A DNA stretch of 64,000 bases, from positions 192,001 through 256,000 of the forward strand of contig OY761614.1 in the NCBI GenBank assembly GCA_963664825.1, read 5' to 3'. The notes beneath the pieces were generated by a model. That model worked only from the letters and a program-made list of their open reading frames with translations. It had not been told where the DNA came from and ran no database searches. This DNA comes from an uncultured Holophaga sp. GTDB lineage: Bacteria; Acidobacteriota; Holophagae; Holophagales; Holophagaceae. Position 1 is the stretch's first letter. Each line of letters opens with the position of its first letter. Below, piece after piece: positions 31,037-40,604 of this stretch. The position numbers and the translations under genes are program-made.

Positions 31037-33757
31037 GTGACGAAATACGTCTATTCCTTCGGCGGTAACCGAAACGAAGGCAGCGCCTCGATGCGCAATC
31101 TGCTCGGTGGCAAGGGCTGCAACCTGGCGGAAATGGCCAGCCTGGATATCCCCGTGCCTCCCGGTTTCACCGTCACCACCGACGTCTGCACCCTGTACAA
31201 CCAGGCCGGCAAGCAGCTGCCCGCCGAAGTGATCGATCAGATCAAGGAAGCCCTCACGTGGCTGGAAGGCGCCCGCGGCAAGAAGCTGGGCGACGCCACC
31301 AATCCGCTCCTGGTTTCCGTCCGCTCCGGCGCCCGGGATTCCATGCCCGGCATGATGGACACGGTGCTGAACCTGGGCCTGAACGACCAGACGGTCGAGG
31401 GCCTGGCCAAGGCCAGCGGCAATGCCCGCTTCGCCTACGACAGCTACCGCCGCTTCATCATGATGTACTCCGACGTGGTGATGGACGTCCACAAGGACAA
31501 CTTCGAAGAGAAGATCGACGCGCTGAAGGCCAAGACCGGCAAGAAGCTGGACACTGAGATCACCGCCGAGGAATGGAAAGCGCTCTGCGGCGAATTCAAG
31601 GCCATCGTCAAAGCCAAGCTCGGAAAGGACTTCCCCCAGGATCCCTGGGAGCAGCTCCTGGGCGGAGTCTGCGCCGTGTTCAATAGCTGGGACACCGAGC
31701 GCGCCATCATCTATCGCCGCATGAACCGCATCCCCGACGAGTGGGGCACGGCCGTCAACGTGCAGACCATGGTCTTCGGCAACATGGGCGATGACTGCGG
31801 CACAGGCGTAGCGTTCACCCGCGACCCCGGCACGGGCGAGCCTTATTTCTACGGCGAATACCTGATCAATGCCCAGGGTGAAGACGTCGTCGCCGGCGTG
31901 CGCACCCCCCAGCCCATCACCAATTACCAGGCGGCCGATAGCGGCTTGAAGAGCCTGGAAGAGGCCATGCCCGAGGTCTTCAAGACCCTCCTGGACACCT
32001 GCAACCGCCTCGAAAAGCATTTCAAGAACATGCAGGATCTGGAATTCACCATCGAGCAGCGCAAGCTCTACATGCTCCAGACACGCAACGGCAAGCGCAC
32101 CGCCCTGGCGGGCATCCGCATCGCCATCGACATGGTGCAAGAGGGCCTCATCGACGAGCAGGAAGGCCTGAAGCGCATCAATCCCGATGACCTCACCCAG
32201 CTGCTGGCGCCCATCTTCGATAACAAGGAGAAGAACGCCCTCAAGAAGGCCGGCAAGCTGATGGCCAAGGGCCTGCCCGCGGGCCCCGGCGCCGCCACCG
32301 GCATCATCGCCCTCTCCGCGGTGGAGGCCGAACAGCTCTCCGCCAAGGGCCCCGTAGTCCTGGTGCGCATCGAAACCTCCCCCGAGGATCTGGCTGGCAT
32401 GGTGGCCGCTCAGGGCATCCTCACCGCCCGCGGCGGCATGACCTCCCACGCCGCCGTGGTCGCCCGCGGCATGGGCAAGCCCTGCGTCTGCGGCGCCTCC
32501 AACCTCAATATCGACGTGGCCAAGCGCACCGTCTCCGTGGGCGACGTGGTGCTGAAGGCCGGCGTGGACTACATCTCCATCGATGGCAGCGCCGGCGAGA
32601 TCTATGCCGGCCAGCTCAGCGCCTTCCCCTCCGAAGTGAACCAGGTGCTGGTCGACAAGTGCCTCAAGGCCGAGGAGAGCGAGACCTACCAGCGCTTCGC
32701 CAAGATCATGGCCTGGGCCAACAAATACCGCACCATGAAGGTCCGCACCAACGCCGACACCCCCAACGATGCCAAGGTGGCCGTGGCCTTCGGCGCCGAG
32801 GGCGTGGGCCTGTGCCGCACGGAGCACATGTTCTTCGAGGGCGAGCGCATCCTCGCGGTGCGCGAGATGATCCTGAGCAAGGATGTGGAGGGCCGCAAGA
32901 AGGCCCTGGCCAAGCTCCTGCCCATGCAGCGCAAGGATTTCGAAGGCATCTTCGAGGCCATGAACGGCCTGCCCGTCAATATCCGCCTCATCGATCCCCC
33001 CCTGCACGAATTCGTGCCCCACGATGAGAAGGGCCAGGCCGATATGGCCAAGGTCCTCGGCGTTTCCCTGGAAGAGGTCCAGCAGCGCGTCGCCAAGCTC
33101 CACGAGTTCAACCCCATGATGGGCCACCGCGGCTGCCGTCTCGGCATCACCTATCCCGAGATCATCCGCATGCAGATGCGCGCCATCGCCGAGGCCGCCA
33201 TCAATGTCGCCAAGAAGGGCATCAAGGCCCACCCCGAAGTGATGGTGCCCCTCATCGGCCATGTGAAGGAACTGGCCTTCACCAAGGCCGAGATGCTGGC
33301 CGAGATCGCCGCCATCAACAAGGAACAGGGCGCGAACTTCAGCTGCCCCATCGGCACCATGATCGAGATCCCCCGCGCTGCCATCACGGCCGATCAGGTC
33401 GCCACGGAAGCCGATTACTTCAGCTTCGGCACCAACGACCTGACCCAGATGGGCTTCGGCTTCTCCAGGGACGACTCCGGCAGCTTCCTGCCCGAATATG
33501 TCTCCAAGAAGATCCTGGAGGACGATCCCTTCCAGAGCCTCGATCAGCAGGGCATCGGCGAGCTGGTGAAGATCGCCGCCACCAAGGGCCGAAGCGTCAA
33601 GCCCGACCTCAAGCTCGGCGTCTGCGGCGAGCACGGCGGCGACCCCCGCTCCGTCAAGTTCTTCTTCAAGGTCGGCCTGAACTACGTGAGCTGCAGCCCC
33701 TTCCGCGTTCCCATCGCGATCGTGGCTGCCGCCCAGGCCAGCCTGGAAGCCAAGTAA
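31037..33757 (+). CDS. ppdK: pyruvate, phosphate dikinase
   Basis: [34 protein letters not shown] and CGEHGG motifs. Confidence 0.97.
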   Translation: MTKYVYSFGGNRNEGSASMRNLLGGKGCNLAEMASLDIPVPPGFTVTTDVCTLYNQAGKQLPAEVIDQIKEALTWLEGARGKKLGDATNPLLVSVRSGARDSMPGMMDTVLNLGLNDQTVEGLAKASGNARFAYDSYRRFIMMYSDVVMDVHKDNFEEKIDALKAKTGKKLDTEITAEEWKALCGEFKAIVKAKLGKDFPQDPWEQLLGGVCAVFNSWDTERAIIYRRMNRIPDEWGTAVNVQTMVFGNMGDDCGTGVAFTRDPGTGEPYFYGEYLINAQGEDVVAGVRTPQPITNYQAADSGLKSLEEAMPEVFKTLLDTCNRLEKHFKNMQDLEFTIEQRKLYMLQTRNGKRTALAGIRIAIDMVQEGLIDEQEGLKRINPDDLTQLLAPIFDNKEKNALKKAGKLMAKGLPAGPGAATGIIALSAVEAEQLSAKGPVVLVRIETSPEDLAGMVAAQGILTARGGMTSHAAVVARGMGKPCVCGASNLNIDVAKRTVSVGDVVLKAGVDYISIDGSAGEIYAGQLSAFPSEVNQVLVDKCLKAEESETYQRFAKIMAWANKYRTMKVRTNADTPNDAKVAVAFGAEGVGLCRTEHMFFEGERILAVREMILSKDVEGRKKALAKLLPMQRKDFEGIFEAMNGLPVNIRLIDPPLHEFVPHDEKGQADMAKVLGVSLEEVQQRVAKLHEFNPMMGHRGCRLGITYPEIIRMQMRAIAEAAINVAKKGIKAHPEVMVPLIGHVKELAFTKAEMLAEIAAINKEQGANFSCPIGTMIEIPRAAITADQVATEADYFSFGTNDLTQMGFGFSRDDSGSFLPEYVSKKILEDDPFQSLDQQGIGELVKIAATKGRSVKPDLKLGVCGEHGGDPRSVKFFFKVGLNYVSCSPFRVPIAIVAAAQASLEAK

Positions 33758-33804
33758 GTTTACTGGAACATTCAGAAGAGAAGCCCCGCCGCAAGGTGGG
33801 GCTT
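33700..33804 (+). repeat. ppdK 3' end plus terminator, copy 1 of a ~100-bp direct repeat
   Basis: Matches 34545-34637; includes the terminator AAGCCCCGCC-gcaa-GGTGGGGCTTTT. Confidence 0.85.
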
Positions 33805-33872
33805 TTGCGTGGCCATACAGACGCACCCAAAGGAAAAGATCGTTCAGCCCCTTGATACATTTTTGGGAGCTA

Positions 33873-33908
33873 GCTACACTTTTTGTAGTGAACTACCAAA
33901 ATGGTAGT
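33873..33908. promoter_or_regulatory. two tandem palindromic boxes, probable HxlR-family operator
   Basis: GCTACActtttTGTAGT (33873-33889) and ACTACCAaaaTGGTAGT (33892-33908). Confidence 0.55.
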
Positions 33909-33927
33909 GCCCGCTCAGGAGGCTACT

Positions 33928-34128
33928 ATGCCCGTCATCACCCTGCAGATCGGCCAAGGACAGACGAACGAGGACCAGAAGGCGCAGCTCGTCAACCGCC
34001 TAGCCACGGATGCCGCCGACATCACGGGAATTCCCGCCGAGAAGTTCGTCACCTTCATCGACGAATACCCCCTGGAGGCCATCGGCATCGGCCTGAAGAC
34101 CATCGAGGCCCTCCGGGCGGGGCGTTGA
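33928..34128 (+). CDS. 4-oxalocrotonate tautomerase family protein
   Basis: M-Pro start (catalytic Pro1), 66 aa, RBS AGGAGG. Confidence 0.85.
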   Translation: MPVITLQIGQGQTNEDQKAQLVNRLATDAADITGIPAEKFVTFIDEYPLEAIGIGLKTIEALRAGR

Positions 34129-34204
34129 TCCCCGGCACTCCGCGGAAATGCCGGGGATCCTCCACCCGAATGTTGGACAATGCTGCCTAGGCTGAGGAGG
34201 CACG

Positions 34205-34531
34205 ATGGCGATCCCGAAACCAGGCAGGCCCGTCCGCGGTTCCAGAACCGGCGGCCCGGTCATGGCGGTTTTCGACCTACTGGGCCGCCGCTGGGCCATG
34301 GGCATCGTCTGGCAGCTGGCCGACGGCACCCGCACCTTCACCGAACTCCAGGCGCGGTGCAGCTCCATCTCCCCGACCATCCTGAGCACCCGAATCAAGG
34401 ACCTCATCGAAGCCAAGCTCGTGGAGCGGACCCTGGAGGGCTACCGCCTGACCCCCGTTGGCCGGGAACTCTTCGCGATCCTGGAGCCGTTCAAGGGATG
34501 GGCCACGTCCTGGGCCAAGGGCCTGGAATAG
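34205..34531 (+). CDS. HxlR-family transcriptional regulator
   Basis: LLGRRW...F.ELQ...ISPTILSTRIKDL...Y.LT..G pattern. Confidence 0.85.
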   Translation: MAIPKPGRPVRGSRTGGPVMAVFDLLGRRWAMGIVWQLADGTRTFTELQARCSSISPTILSTRIKDLIEAKLVERTLEGYRLTPVGRELFAILEPFKGWATSWAKGLE

Positions 34532-34544
34532 TAGCAGGCCATGT

Positions 34545-34656
34545 CTTCCGCGTCCCCATCGCAATCGTGACCCCCTGGAAGCCAAGCACGTTCCACTAGA
34601 ACATTCCAAAGAGAAGCCCCGCTGCAAGGCGGGGCTTCTCTTTGGAATGTTCTAGT
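34545..34656 (+). repeat. degenerate second copy of the ppdK 3' end, ending in a 62-bp palindrome (bidirectional terminator)
   Basis: Encodes FRVPIAIV as in ppdK; ACTAGAACATTCCAAAGAGAAGCCCCGC-tgcaag-perfect reverse complement (34595-34656). Confidence 0.85.
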
Positions 34657-35119
34657 TCTTGTAGCTGACGGCGATCTTCTGGGGCCGGATTTCCGGGCTC
34701 TTGGGCACCATCAGGTGGAACACACCGTCCCTGAGATCGGCTACGACCTTGTTGGACTCGACCTCCTCAGGCAGGGCAAAGGTCCGGCTGAAGGCCCCGA
34801 AGGAGCGTTCCTGGGTGTAGGAGCGCTCGCCATCCTTGGATTCTTCGGCTTCCCGGTGGCCACTGATGGTCAGCCGGTTCCCCGTCAATTGGACATCCAG
34901 ATCACCCGTATGGATGCCGGGCATGTCCGCGGCGAAGACGTAGGCATCGGAGGTCTCTTTCACATCGAAGGAGGGCATGAACGCATTGCCAGCCTCGCCG
35001 AGGAAATTGTTCTCCTGATAGGGATCCCAGCGGAGCAGATTCCGCATGATCCGGAAGGGTTCGAAGCTATCGGTCGAGACCGGAAGGCTGCGGGTTTGAC
35101 GGGTTCGGATGAGATTCAT
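34652..35119 (-). CDS. Hsp20/alpha-crystallin small heat shock protein
   Basis: DVKET, DMPG, ERSFGAFSRTF.LP and DGV motifs. Confidence 0.92.
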   Translation of the reverse strand: MNLIRTRQTRSLPVSTDSFEPFRIMRNLLRWDPYQENNFLGEAGNAFMPSFDVKETSDAYVFAADMPGIHTGDLDVQLTGNRLTISGHREAEESKDGERSYTQERSFGAFSRTFALPEEVESNKVVADLRDGVFHLMVPKSPEIRPQKIAVSYKN

Positions 35120-35171
35120 GGCTGGCCTCCTTTCACCCCACCATGGGGCATGAGCTTTATCAGCCGAAAGA

Positions 35172-35200
35172 AATATGAGTTAGATCAGATAAGATGTCAA
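35172..35200 (-). promoter_or_regulatory. sigma70-like promoter for hsp20
   Basis: TTGACA-17 bp-CATATT on the minus strand. Confidence 0.5.
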
Positions 35201-35283
35201 GGGGCGTTTTTTTCGAAAACCTCACCCAAAACCCATGGGTTCCCGAAATCCCGTCCCCAAAAGCCGCCGGGCGTGAATGGGGA

Positions 35284-36210
35284 TCAGCTTCTGGACCCGT
35301 CCCGAAGGACACGGAACGTCGCTTCCAGCTTCTCCGCATCGAGGAGCGCCCCGGTGGTGGCCTTCAGGGCGCAGGCATGGCGGGCCGCGATCTGCCCTCG
35401 GAGGATGGAATCCTCCAGGGAGCGCCCCTCGAGCACGTGGCTGGTGAGAAAGCCCGCCGCCAGCCCATCCCCCGCCCCATTGGTATCAACCATGGGCAGA
35501 TCCAGGGCCACGCCCGGGAAGAAGCGGATCCCGGCGCCGGTGCCGAGGGCGCAGCCCCGAGCCCCCATGCCGGAAACAACGATGCGCTCCGGATGGCCCC
35601 CCAGGAAGCGCCGGATCAGGGGGGAGGGATCCGCGTGATTGACCGCGGAAAAAAAGAGAATATCGGCCTCACGGATGAAGTCCCTGCGGTAGGCATCCTG
35701 GGGATCGGCCACATCCTGGAGATCGCAGGCCACCCGCAGGCCTAGTTCCTTCGCCAGGGGCAGCAGCCTCCGGGCCCAGTGGGGGATATTGAAGTGGGCC
35801 AGGCGACATCCGCCCATGGCCGCTCGGCACTGCTCCAAATCCGGCCGAAGCTCCATGTGGGCCTTGCCATCGTAGAAGTTCTTCCGCCGACCGTCCCGGT
35901 ACATGATGTTGACGCTGCGGCTGGTGCCGGTGGGATCAAGAAAGAGCGCGGTGGTGTCGATGCCATCCTGGGCGAGTTCGGCGCGGATCTGCCTTCCCGC
36001 GAAATCATCGCCCACATATCCGATGAAGGTCGTGGAATGGCCCAGCTTCGCGTATCCCCGGCTGGCATAGCCCCCGGCCTGCCCCACATAGTCCAGGTTC
36101 TCCGTGAAATTCGATTCCACGGTCCAGTCGATATCCCGGCCCGGCAGGTAGACATTGGTGTCGATGCCGATATTCCCGATGACCGCGACTTCCGAAGGAG
36201 GGTGAGCCAT
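35284..36210 (-). CDS. PfkB-family carbohydrate kinase
   Basis: VGDDFAG and DTNGAGD motifs. Confidence 0.88.
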   Translation of the reverse strand: MAHPPSEVAVIGNIGIDTNVYLPGRDIDWTVESNFTENLDYVGQAGGYASRGYAKLGHSTTFIGYVGDDFAGRQIRAELAQDGIDTTALFLDPTGTSRSVNIMYRDGRRKNFYDGKAHMELRPDLEQCRAAMGGCRLAHFNIPHWARRLLPLAKELGLRVACDLQDVADPQDAYRRDFIREADILFFSAVNHADPSPLIRRFLGGHPERIVVSGMGARGCALGTGAGIRFFPGVALDLPMVDTNGAGDGLAAGFLTSHVLEGRSLEDSILRGQIAARHACALKATTGALLDAEKLEATFRVLRDGSRS

Positions 36211-36249
36211 GGCGGAGACTCCTGCGACTGCATCAGCCCTGAAGGGGCC

Positions 36250-36777
36250 TCAGTCCTCGGGCACTCCGGCAATGGCCATGGCCTCCTCCGTGACGCCCAC
36301 CATGTTCCTGGAATTCACCAGGACCAGGGGCAGCGGCGCGCCGGTGGCTTCGCTGGGATCGAAATAGGACGTCGAGCCCACGAAGCACTCGTGGAATTCG
36401 ATGAAACCCGTGTTGCGCAGCAGGAAATCCGAGGTGCGGAGGTTCTCCGGCATATCCAGATGGCCCCGGATGCTGCCGAGGCTGAGGAGACAGGTGACGG
36501 CGCGCCGTTCCAGGGGCATGGCGCCGGGGGCCGGTTTGGCTGCCTCGAGCCCCTGAGGCACCACCAGAATGACGGAACTCTTGTGAAGGGCCAGGAAGGG
36601 ATGGACCAGATCACTGCCGGGCAACACCGCCTCGGTGAGCTTCAGGATCTCGTCCTGGGCATTGAGAAAGCTGGGCAGCGTCTTCACCACGGGCAGATGC
36701 AGCGTCCCGCGGATGAACCCGGAGGGCGTGAAGACGATCACGGAGAGGGGTGTCTGGGACGGACGGGGCGAATCCAT
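36250..36777 (-). CDS. hypothetical protein with two internal repeats (DUF6812-like)
   Basis: IRGTLHL...LPSFLN and IRGHLDM...RTSDFL repeats. Confidence 0.6.
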   Translation of the reverse strand: MDSPRPSQTPLSVIVFTPSGFIRGTLHLPVVKTLPSFLNAQDEILKLTEAVLPGSDLVHPFLALHKSSVILVVPQGLEAAKPAPGAMPLERRAVTCLLSLGSIRGHLDMPENLRTSDFLLRNTGFIEFHECFVGSTSYFDPSEATGAPLPLVLVNSRNMVGVTEEAMAIAGVPED

Positions 36778-36900
36778 GGAGAAGGCCTCCGGGGTGGGAA
36801 TTCAAGGGATGATAATCGAGACAAGTATGGACCTTCAGGGATCATTTGGGTACTCCCCGGCATCCCATATTCGTATACTCAACTCCCCTCCGGAGGTGCC

Positions 36901-37191
36901 ATGCTCCAGTCCACCGTCCATGCCGAGCTCAGCGCCGAGGAGTGGAGGCTTGTCCAGGAACTCCGGGCCCTGCCGGAGACCGAAATGCGCAACCGGGTCC
37001 AGCGGACCTTCGGCGAACTCCTCTTCTTCTTCCGCAACCCCAGGTGCCAGGGCCTCGGCATCGAGGGATTCCCCTGCGGCGAGCCCAGTTCCTCCTGCGA
37101 GGATTGCCAGGCCATCTGGGAGGCCCTGGACAGGGTGGCCGAACGCGCCCGGAAAGAGACCCCCGCATCGGCTCCCTACGCGGGCATCTGA
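36901..37191 (+). CDS. small Cys-rich hypothetical protein
   Basis: RBS GGAGG; C-x7-C-x5-CxxC. Confidence 0.65.
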   Translation: MLQSTVHAELSAEEWRLVQELRALPETEMRNRVQRTFGELLFFFRNPRCQGLGIEGFPCGEPSSSCEDCQAIWEALDRVAERARKETPASAPYAGI

Positions 37192-37240
37192 ACCTAGACC
37201 CACCCTCGTCTTCAACGAAGGCGCTTCTTAGGCCCTGGGC

Positions 37241-39733
37241 TCATCCAAACTTGAGCGGATCCTCCGGCCAGAGGTGTTTGGGGTAGCGCCGGGAGAGGCC
37301 CGGGCGCAATTCACGGTAGGTGCGCTGCCAGAAACCGGCCAGATCCGTGGTCACCTGGAGGGCCCGGTTATTGGGCGCCAGCAGGTGCAGCACCAGGGGC
37401 ACGCTGCCCTCCCCGATGCGAGGCCCCTCCTTCACCCCCAGGAAATCCTGGAGCCGGGATTCGATCCAGGGCGCCTCCCCTCCGTAGTGGACCTTCACCT
37501 TCCGCTTTCGCAGCAGCACCACTTCCGGGGCCCAGGCCTCCAGCAGGGCCGCCCCATCGGGTCCCAGGAGGGACTTCAGGGTCCAGGCCCAATCCACCCC
37601 CTCCAGATGCTTGAGGGTGCGGCATCCAGTGCAGGCCCTGCGCACCAGATCGCCCCGCAGATCCTCGGGCCAGTCCAGGTCCGGTCTCAGCTTGGCCAGG
37701 AAGGCCGCGCGTTCCAGGAGCCCTTCCACGCGCTCCCGGGCCCCCCCCAACCCTTGAGCCAGGGCCGCCTCCGCCAGGACGGAAGCCGTGCGGGGATCTT
37801 CCATATCGGCGGCCCGGCGGGTTTCCTCCAGGCAGAGGTTCTCGATCCAGAGGCTGCCGCGGCGTTCCACGAGGCCCTTTGCGGGATTGAAGGCCAGGTT
37901 CTCCTCGTCCCGCAACTGGTCGGAAAAGGCCTCCAACAGCCATTCGGGCTCCACTTTGGAGGCCGCCCGGATGAGCACCTCGCTATGTTTGCCCCGCACC
38001 TCTTCGGCCTCGAGAGCCACGATCAGATCAGCCTTCCGCACGCGGCTGGCGGCGTCCAGCCGGGCCCCGCCCCCACCCAGCAGGGCGAAGGTACCCGTGC
38101 CCCCCGCCTTGGCCAGCCGATCGGGATAGGCGGAAAGCAGGGCCCGCAGGAGGCGTTCCTCGGCATCCTCGGGCTCTTCGACCCGAGGGGCATGGCGATC
38201 CAGCAGGGCCTCGAAGGCGAGGCGCGCCTGGCGCAGGGCCGCCCCATCCAGACCCGCGGCCCGAATGGCCCCTCCGCCGAAATGGGCGGCCTCCACTTCC
38301 TGGTAGGCATCCAGCCGGGACCAGAGATCCGAATCCAGCGCGTGGGCCTCCCCCTTCCTTTTCCCATCGAGGCTATTCCTGGCCTGGAGGTCCCCCGTCT
38401 CCAAGAGGGCCGCGGCCAGGCGCCCCAGCTCGGGAATGCCTAAATCCTCAGCCGCCACCACGAGCCGCGCCAGGCGGGGATGGAGGGGCAGCGCGGCCAT
38501 CCGTCGCCCACAGGGCGTCACGTTCCCCCCTTCCAGGGCTCCCAGGCGCTCCAGCAGCTTCTCGGCGGCCTCCAGGGCCTCCCCGGGAGGAGCCTCGAAC
38601 CATGCCAGCTGCCCCGGCGCGGCGATGCCCATGAGATGCAGGGCCAGCAGGGCTTCGGCGAGATCCGAACGGTGGATCTCCGGGGCATCGAAGAGCGCCC
38701 GGGTCCGGAAATCACTTTCCGTGAAGAGGCGCAGACAAAGGCCCGGCCCCTGGCGCCCGGCGCGGCCCGCCCGCTGCACGCAGCGGGCCTGGCTGATGCG
38801 CAGGGTGCGCAGGCCCGAGAGCCCCGACCAGGGGGAATGAAGGACCTCGCGCCCCAGGCCCGAATCGATGACCGCCGTCACGCCATCAAGGGTCACGCTG
38901 CTTTCGGCCACATTGGTGCTGAGGAGCACCTTGGGCTGAATGGATGGCGCCACCGCGGCCTTCTGGGCCTCGAAGGAGAGGCTGCCATGGAGGGGCAGGA
39001 CCCTGAGCCCGTAGCGCGCAGCCAGGGGCGAGAGCGCCTTCTCGCAGGCGCGGATCTCGGCGGCGCCGGGCAGGAAGACCAGCGTGTGGCCCTGCGTGCC
39101 CTCCGCCAGGAGGGTCTCCATGGCCGCGACCACCTGGGTGGCCAAGGGCCTGTCATCGGGGCGCGGCAGGTGACGCAGCTCCACGGGATGGGCCCTGCCC
39201 TCACAATGCAGGGATTCCGCTTCCAGGAAAGCCGCCACAGGCTCGGCATCCAGGGTCGCGCTCATCACCAGGAGGCGCAGTTCGGGGCGGGATTCCACCT
39301 GGAGCCGCCTCAACAGCGTGATCCCCAGATCCGTGTGCAGGTGCCGCTCGTGGAATTCGTCCAGGATGACGATGGCGATGCCCTTGAGGCACGGGTCGTC
39401 CCGGAGCCTGCGCAGCAGCAAGCCCTCGGTCACGAAGCGGATGCGCGTGGCTTTCGAGCTCTTCTGTTCGAAGCGCACGGCGTAACCCACCCGCTGGCCC
39501 AGATCCTCACCCAATTCCTCCGCCACCCGTACGGCCGCGAGGCGGGCCGCCAGGCGCCGGGGCTCCAGCACCCAGCATTCGCCCTTCTCCAGCAGCCCCG
39601 CGTCCAGGAGGGCCCTGGGCACGCGTGTGGTCTTGCCCGCGCCGGGTTCCGCGGTGAGCACCAGGTTGCGCCCGGAGCGCAGGAGTTCCAGGACCCTGGG
39701 GAGGTGGGTGTCGATGGGAAGGGAGGTCAGCAT
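37241..39733 (-). CDS. hrpB: ATP-dependent RNA helicase HrpB
   Basis: PGAGKTT, DEFHER, MSAT, QRAGRAGR and RRYPKH.WP motifs. Confidence 0.93.
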   Translation of the reverse strand: MLTSLPIDTHLPRVLELLRSGRNLVLTAEPGAGKTTRVPRALLDAGLLEKGECWVLEPRRLAARLAAVRVAEELGEDLGQRVGYAVRFEQKSSKATRIRFVTEGLLLRRLRDDPCLKGIAIVILDEFHERHLHTDLGITLLRRLQVESRPELRLLVMSATLDAEPVAAFLEAESLHCEGRAHPVELRHLPRPDDRPLATQVVAAMETLLAEGTQGHTLVFLPGAAEIRACEKALSPLAARYGLRVLPLHGSLSFEAQKAAVAPSIQPKVLLSTNVAESSVTLDGVTAVIDSGLGREVLHSPWSGLSGLRTLRISQARCVQRAGRAGRQGPGLCLRLFTESDFRTRALFDAPEIHRSDLAEALLALHLMGIAAPGQLAWFEAPPGEALEAAEKLLERLGALEGGNVTPCGRRMAALPLHPRLARLVVAAEDLGIPELGRLAAALLETGDLQARNSLDGKRKGEAHALDSDLWSRLDAYQEVEAAHFGGGAIRAAGLDGAALRQARLAFEALLDRHAPRVEEPEDAEERLLRALLSAYPDRLAKAGGTGTFALLGGGGARLDAASRVRKADLIVALEAEEVRGKHSEVLIRAASKVEPEWLLEAFSDQLRDEENLAFNPAKGLVERRGSLWIENLCLEETRRAADMEDPRTASVLAEAALAQGLGGARERVEGLLERAAFLAKLRPDLDWPEDLRGDLVRRACTGCRTLKHLEGVDWAWTLKSLLGPDGAALLEAWAPEVVLLRKRKVKVHYGGEAPWIESRLQDFLGVKEGPRIGEGSVPLVLHLLAPNNRALQVTTDLAGFWQRTYRELRPGLSRRYPKHLWPEDPLKFG

Positions 39734-39760
39734 CCCCTCCAGGATCGCATGGAGGCTAGG

Positions 39761-40180
39761 ATGATTCCGGAGCTTCCCATGACCCCCGAGATCTTCAAGG
39801 CCAGCCGCTGGACCCAAGGCAACCGGATCTTCCCCACGGTGATTGAAGTGAGTGATACGGCCGTGGTGCTCCGAAAACGCCACGGGTTCACCAAGAACGA
39901 AATGAGCATCCACCTCCAGCGAGTGGCCAGCGTGCGCATCGACACGGGCATTTTCTGGTCGGATATCCTCATCGAATCCACCGGTGGCACCGATCCCATC
40001 ACCAGCCACGGCCACAGGAAGAAGGACGCCCTGCGCATCAAGGCCCTCATCGAAGGCGCCCAGACCGAACACCTGAAGGGCCCCGGCGAAGGCCCCACCC
40101 GGGTCTGCCCCTTCTGTGCCGAGACCATCAAAGAAGCGGCAATCGTGTGCCGGTACTGCGGGCGGGATCTGCCCCAGTGA
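39761..40180 (+). CDS. bacterial PH-like domain plus zinc-ribbon protein
   Basis: RBS GGAGG; C-terminal CPFCAE..K..A.VCRYCG. Confidence 0.7.
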   Translation: MIPELPMTPEIFKASRWTQGNRIFPTVIEVSDTAVVLRKRHGFTKNEMSIHLQRVASVRIDTGIFWSDILIESTGGTDPITSHGHRKKDALRIKALIEGAQTEHLKGPGEGPTRVCPFCAETIKEAAIVCRYCGRDLPQ

Positions 40181-40527
40181 TGTTCGAACTCGCCGCCCAG
40201 CGAGGCAGAATCAAGTTACGCATGACGGCGCAGCACCTGGGAGATGATCTCAGCGTGACTCTCTCCGGCGGCGACCGGCCCCACATCGGCGCGGTGGCCC
40301 TGGCCGGGCCACGGGCGTCATCTTCGGCCCTGGCCCTGCCCCAGCACCGCGAGGGGGAACTGGCACGGACAATCGCCAGCGCCCTCGCCGCGGAGTTCAA
40401 CGTGGCCGTCGCCGTCACCTGCGGCGTCCACCTGGACGAGATCCTTCCCGAGGAGATTCGGGATGTCCTGGAAATGGCGGAGGAACTCACCCGGGAACTG
40501 GTTTCCCGCATCGAAGGGAATGTCTAG
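40180..40527 (+). CDS. LpdD/PAC4-like chaperone family protein
   Basis: GGDRPHIGAVA...HRE...V.CGVH pattern; ATGA overlap with the upstream gene. Confidence 0.65.
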   Translation: MFELAAQRGRIKLRMTAQHLGDDLSVTLSGGDRPHIGAVALAGPRASSSALALPQHREGELARTIASALAAEFNVAVAVTCGVHLDEILPEEIRDVLEMAEELTRELVSRIEGNV

Positions 40528-40604
40528 GCCCGAGACCGAATCCCATTTCCAAAGCCAAGCCGCCTCGAAGCGGGGTGGCCTGGTTTGAATGCCCTCGGCA
40601 CCCG

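Noticed and set aside
31007..33826. 939-aa minus-strand ORF and similar long antisense ORFs (2621-4321, 26724-28370, 51906-53837, 58071-60197)
   Set aside because: Shadow ORFs produced by high-GC codon bias opposite recognisable genes; no motifs
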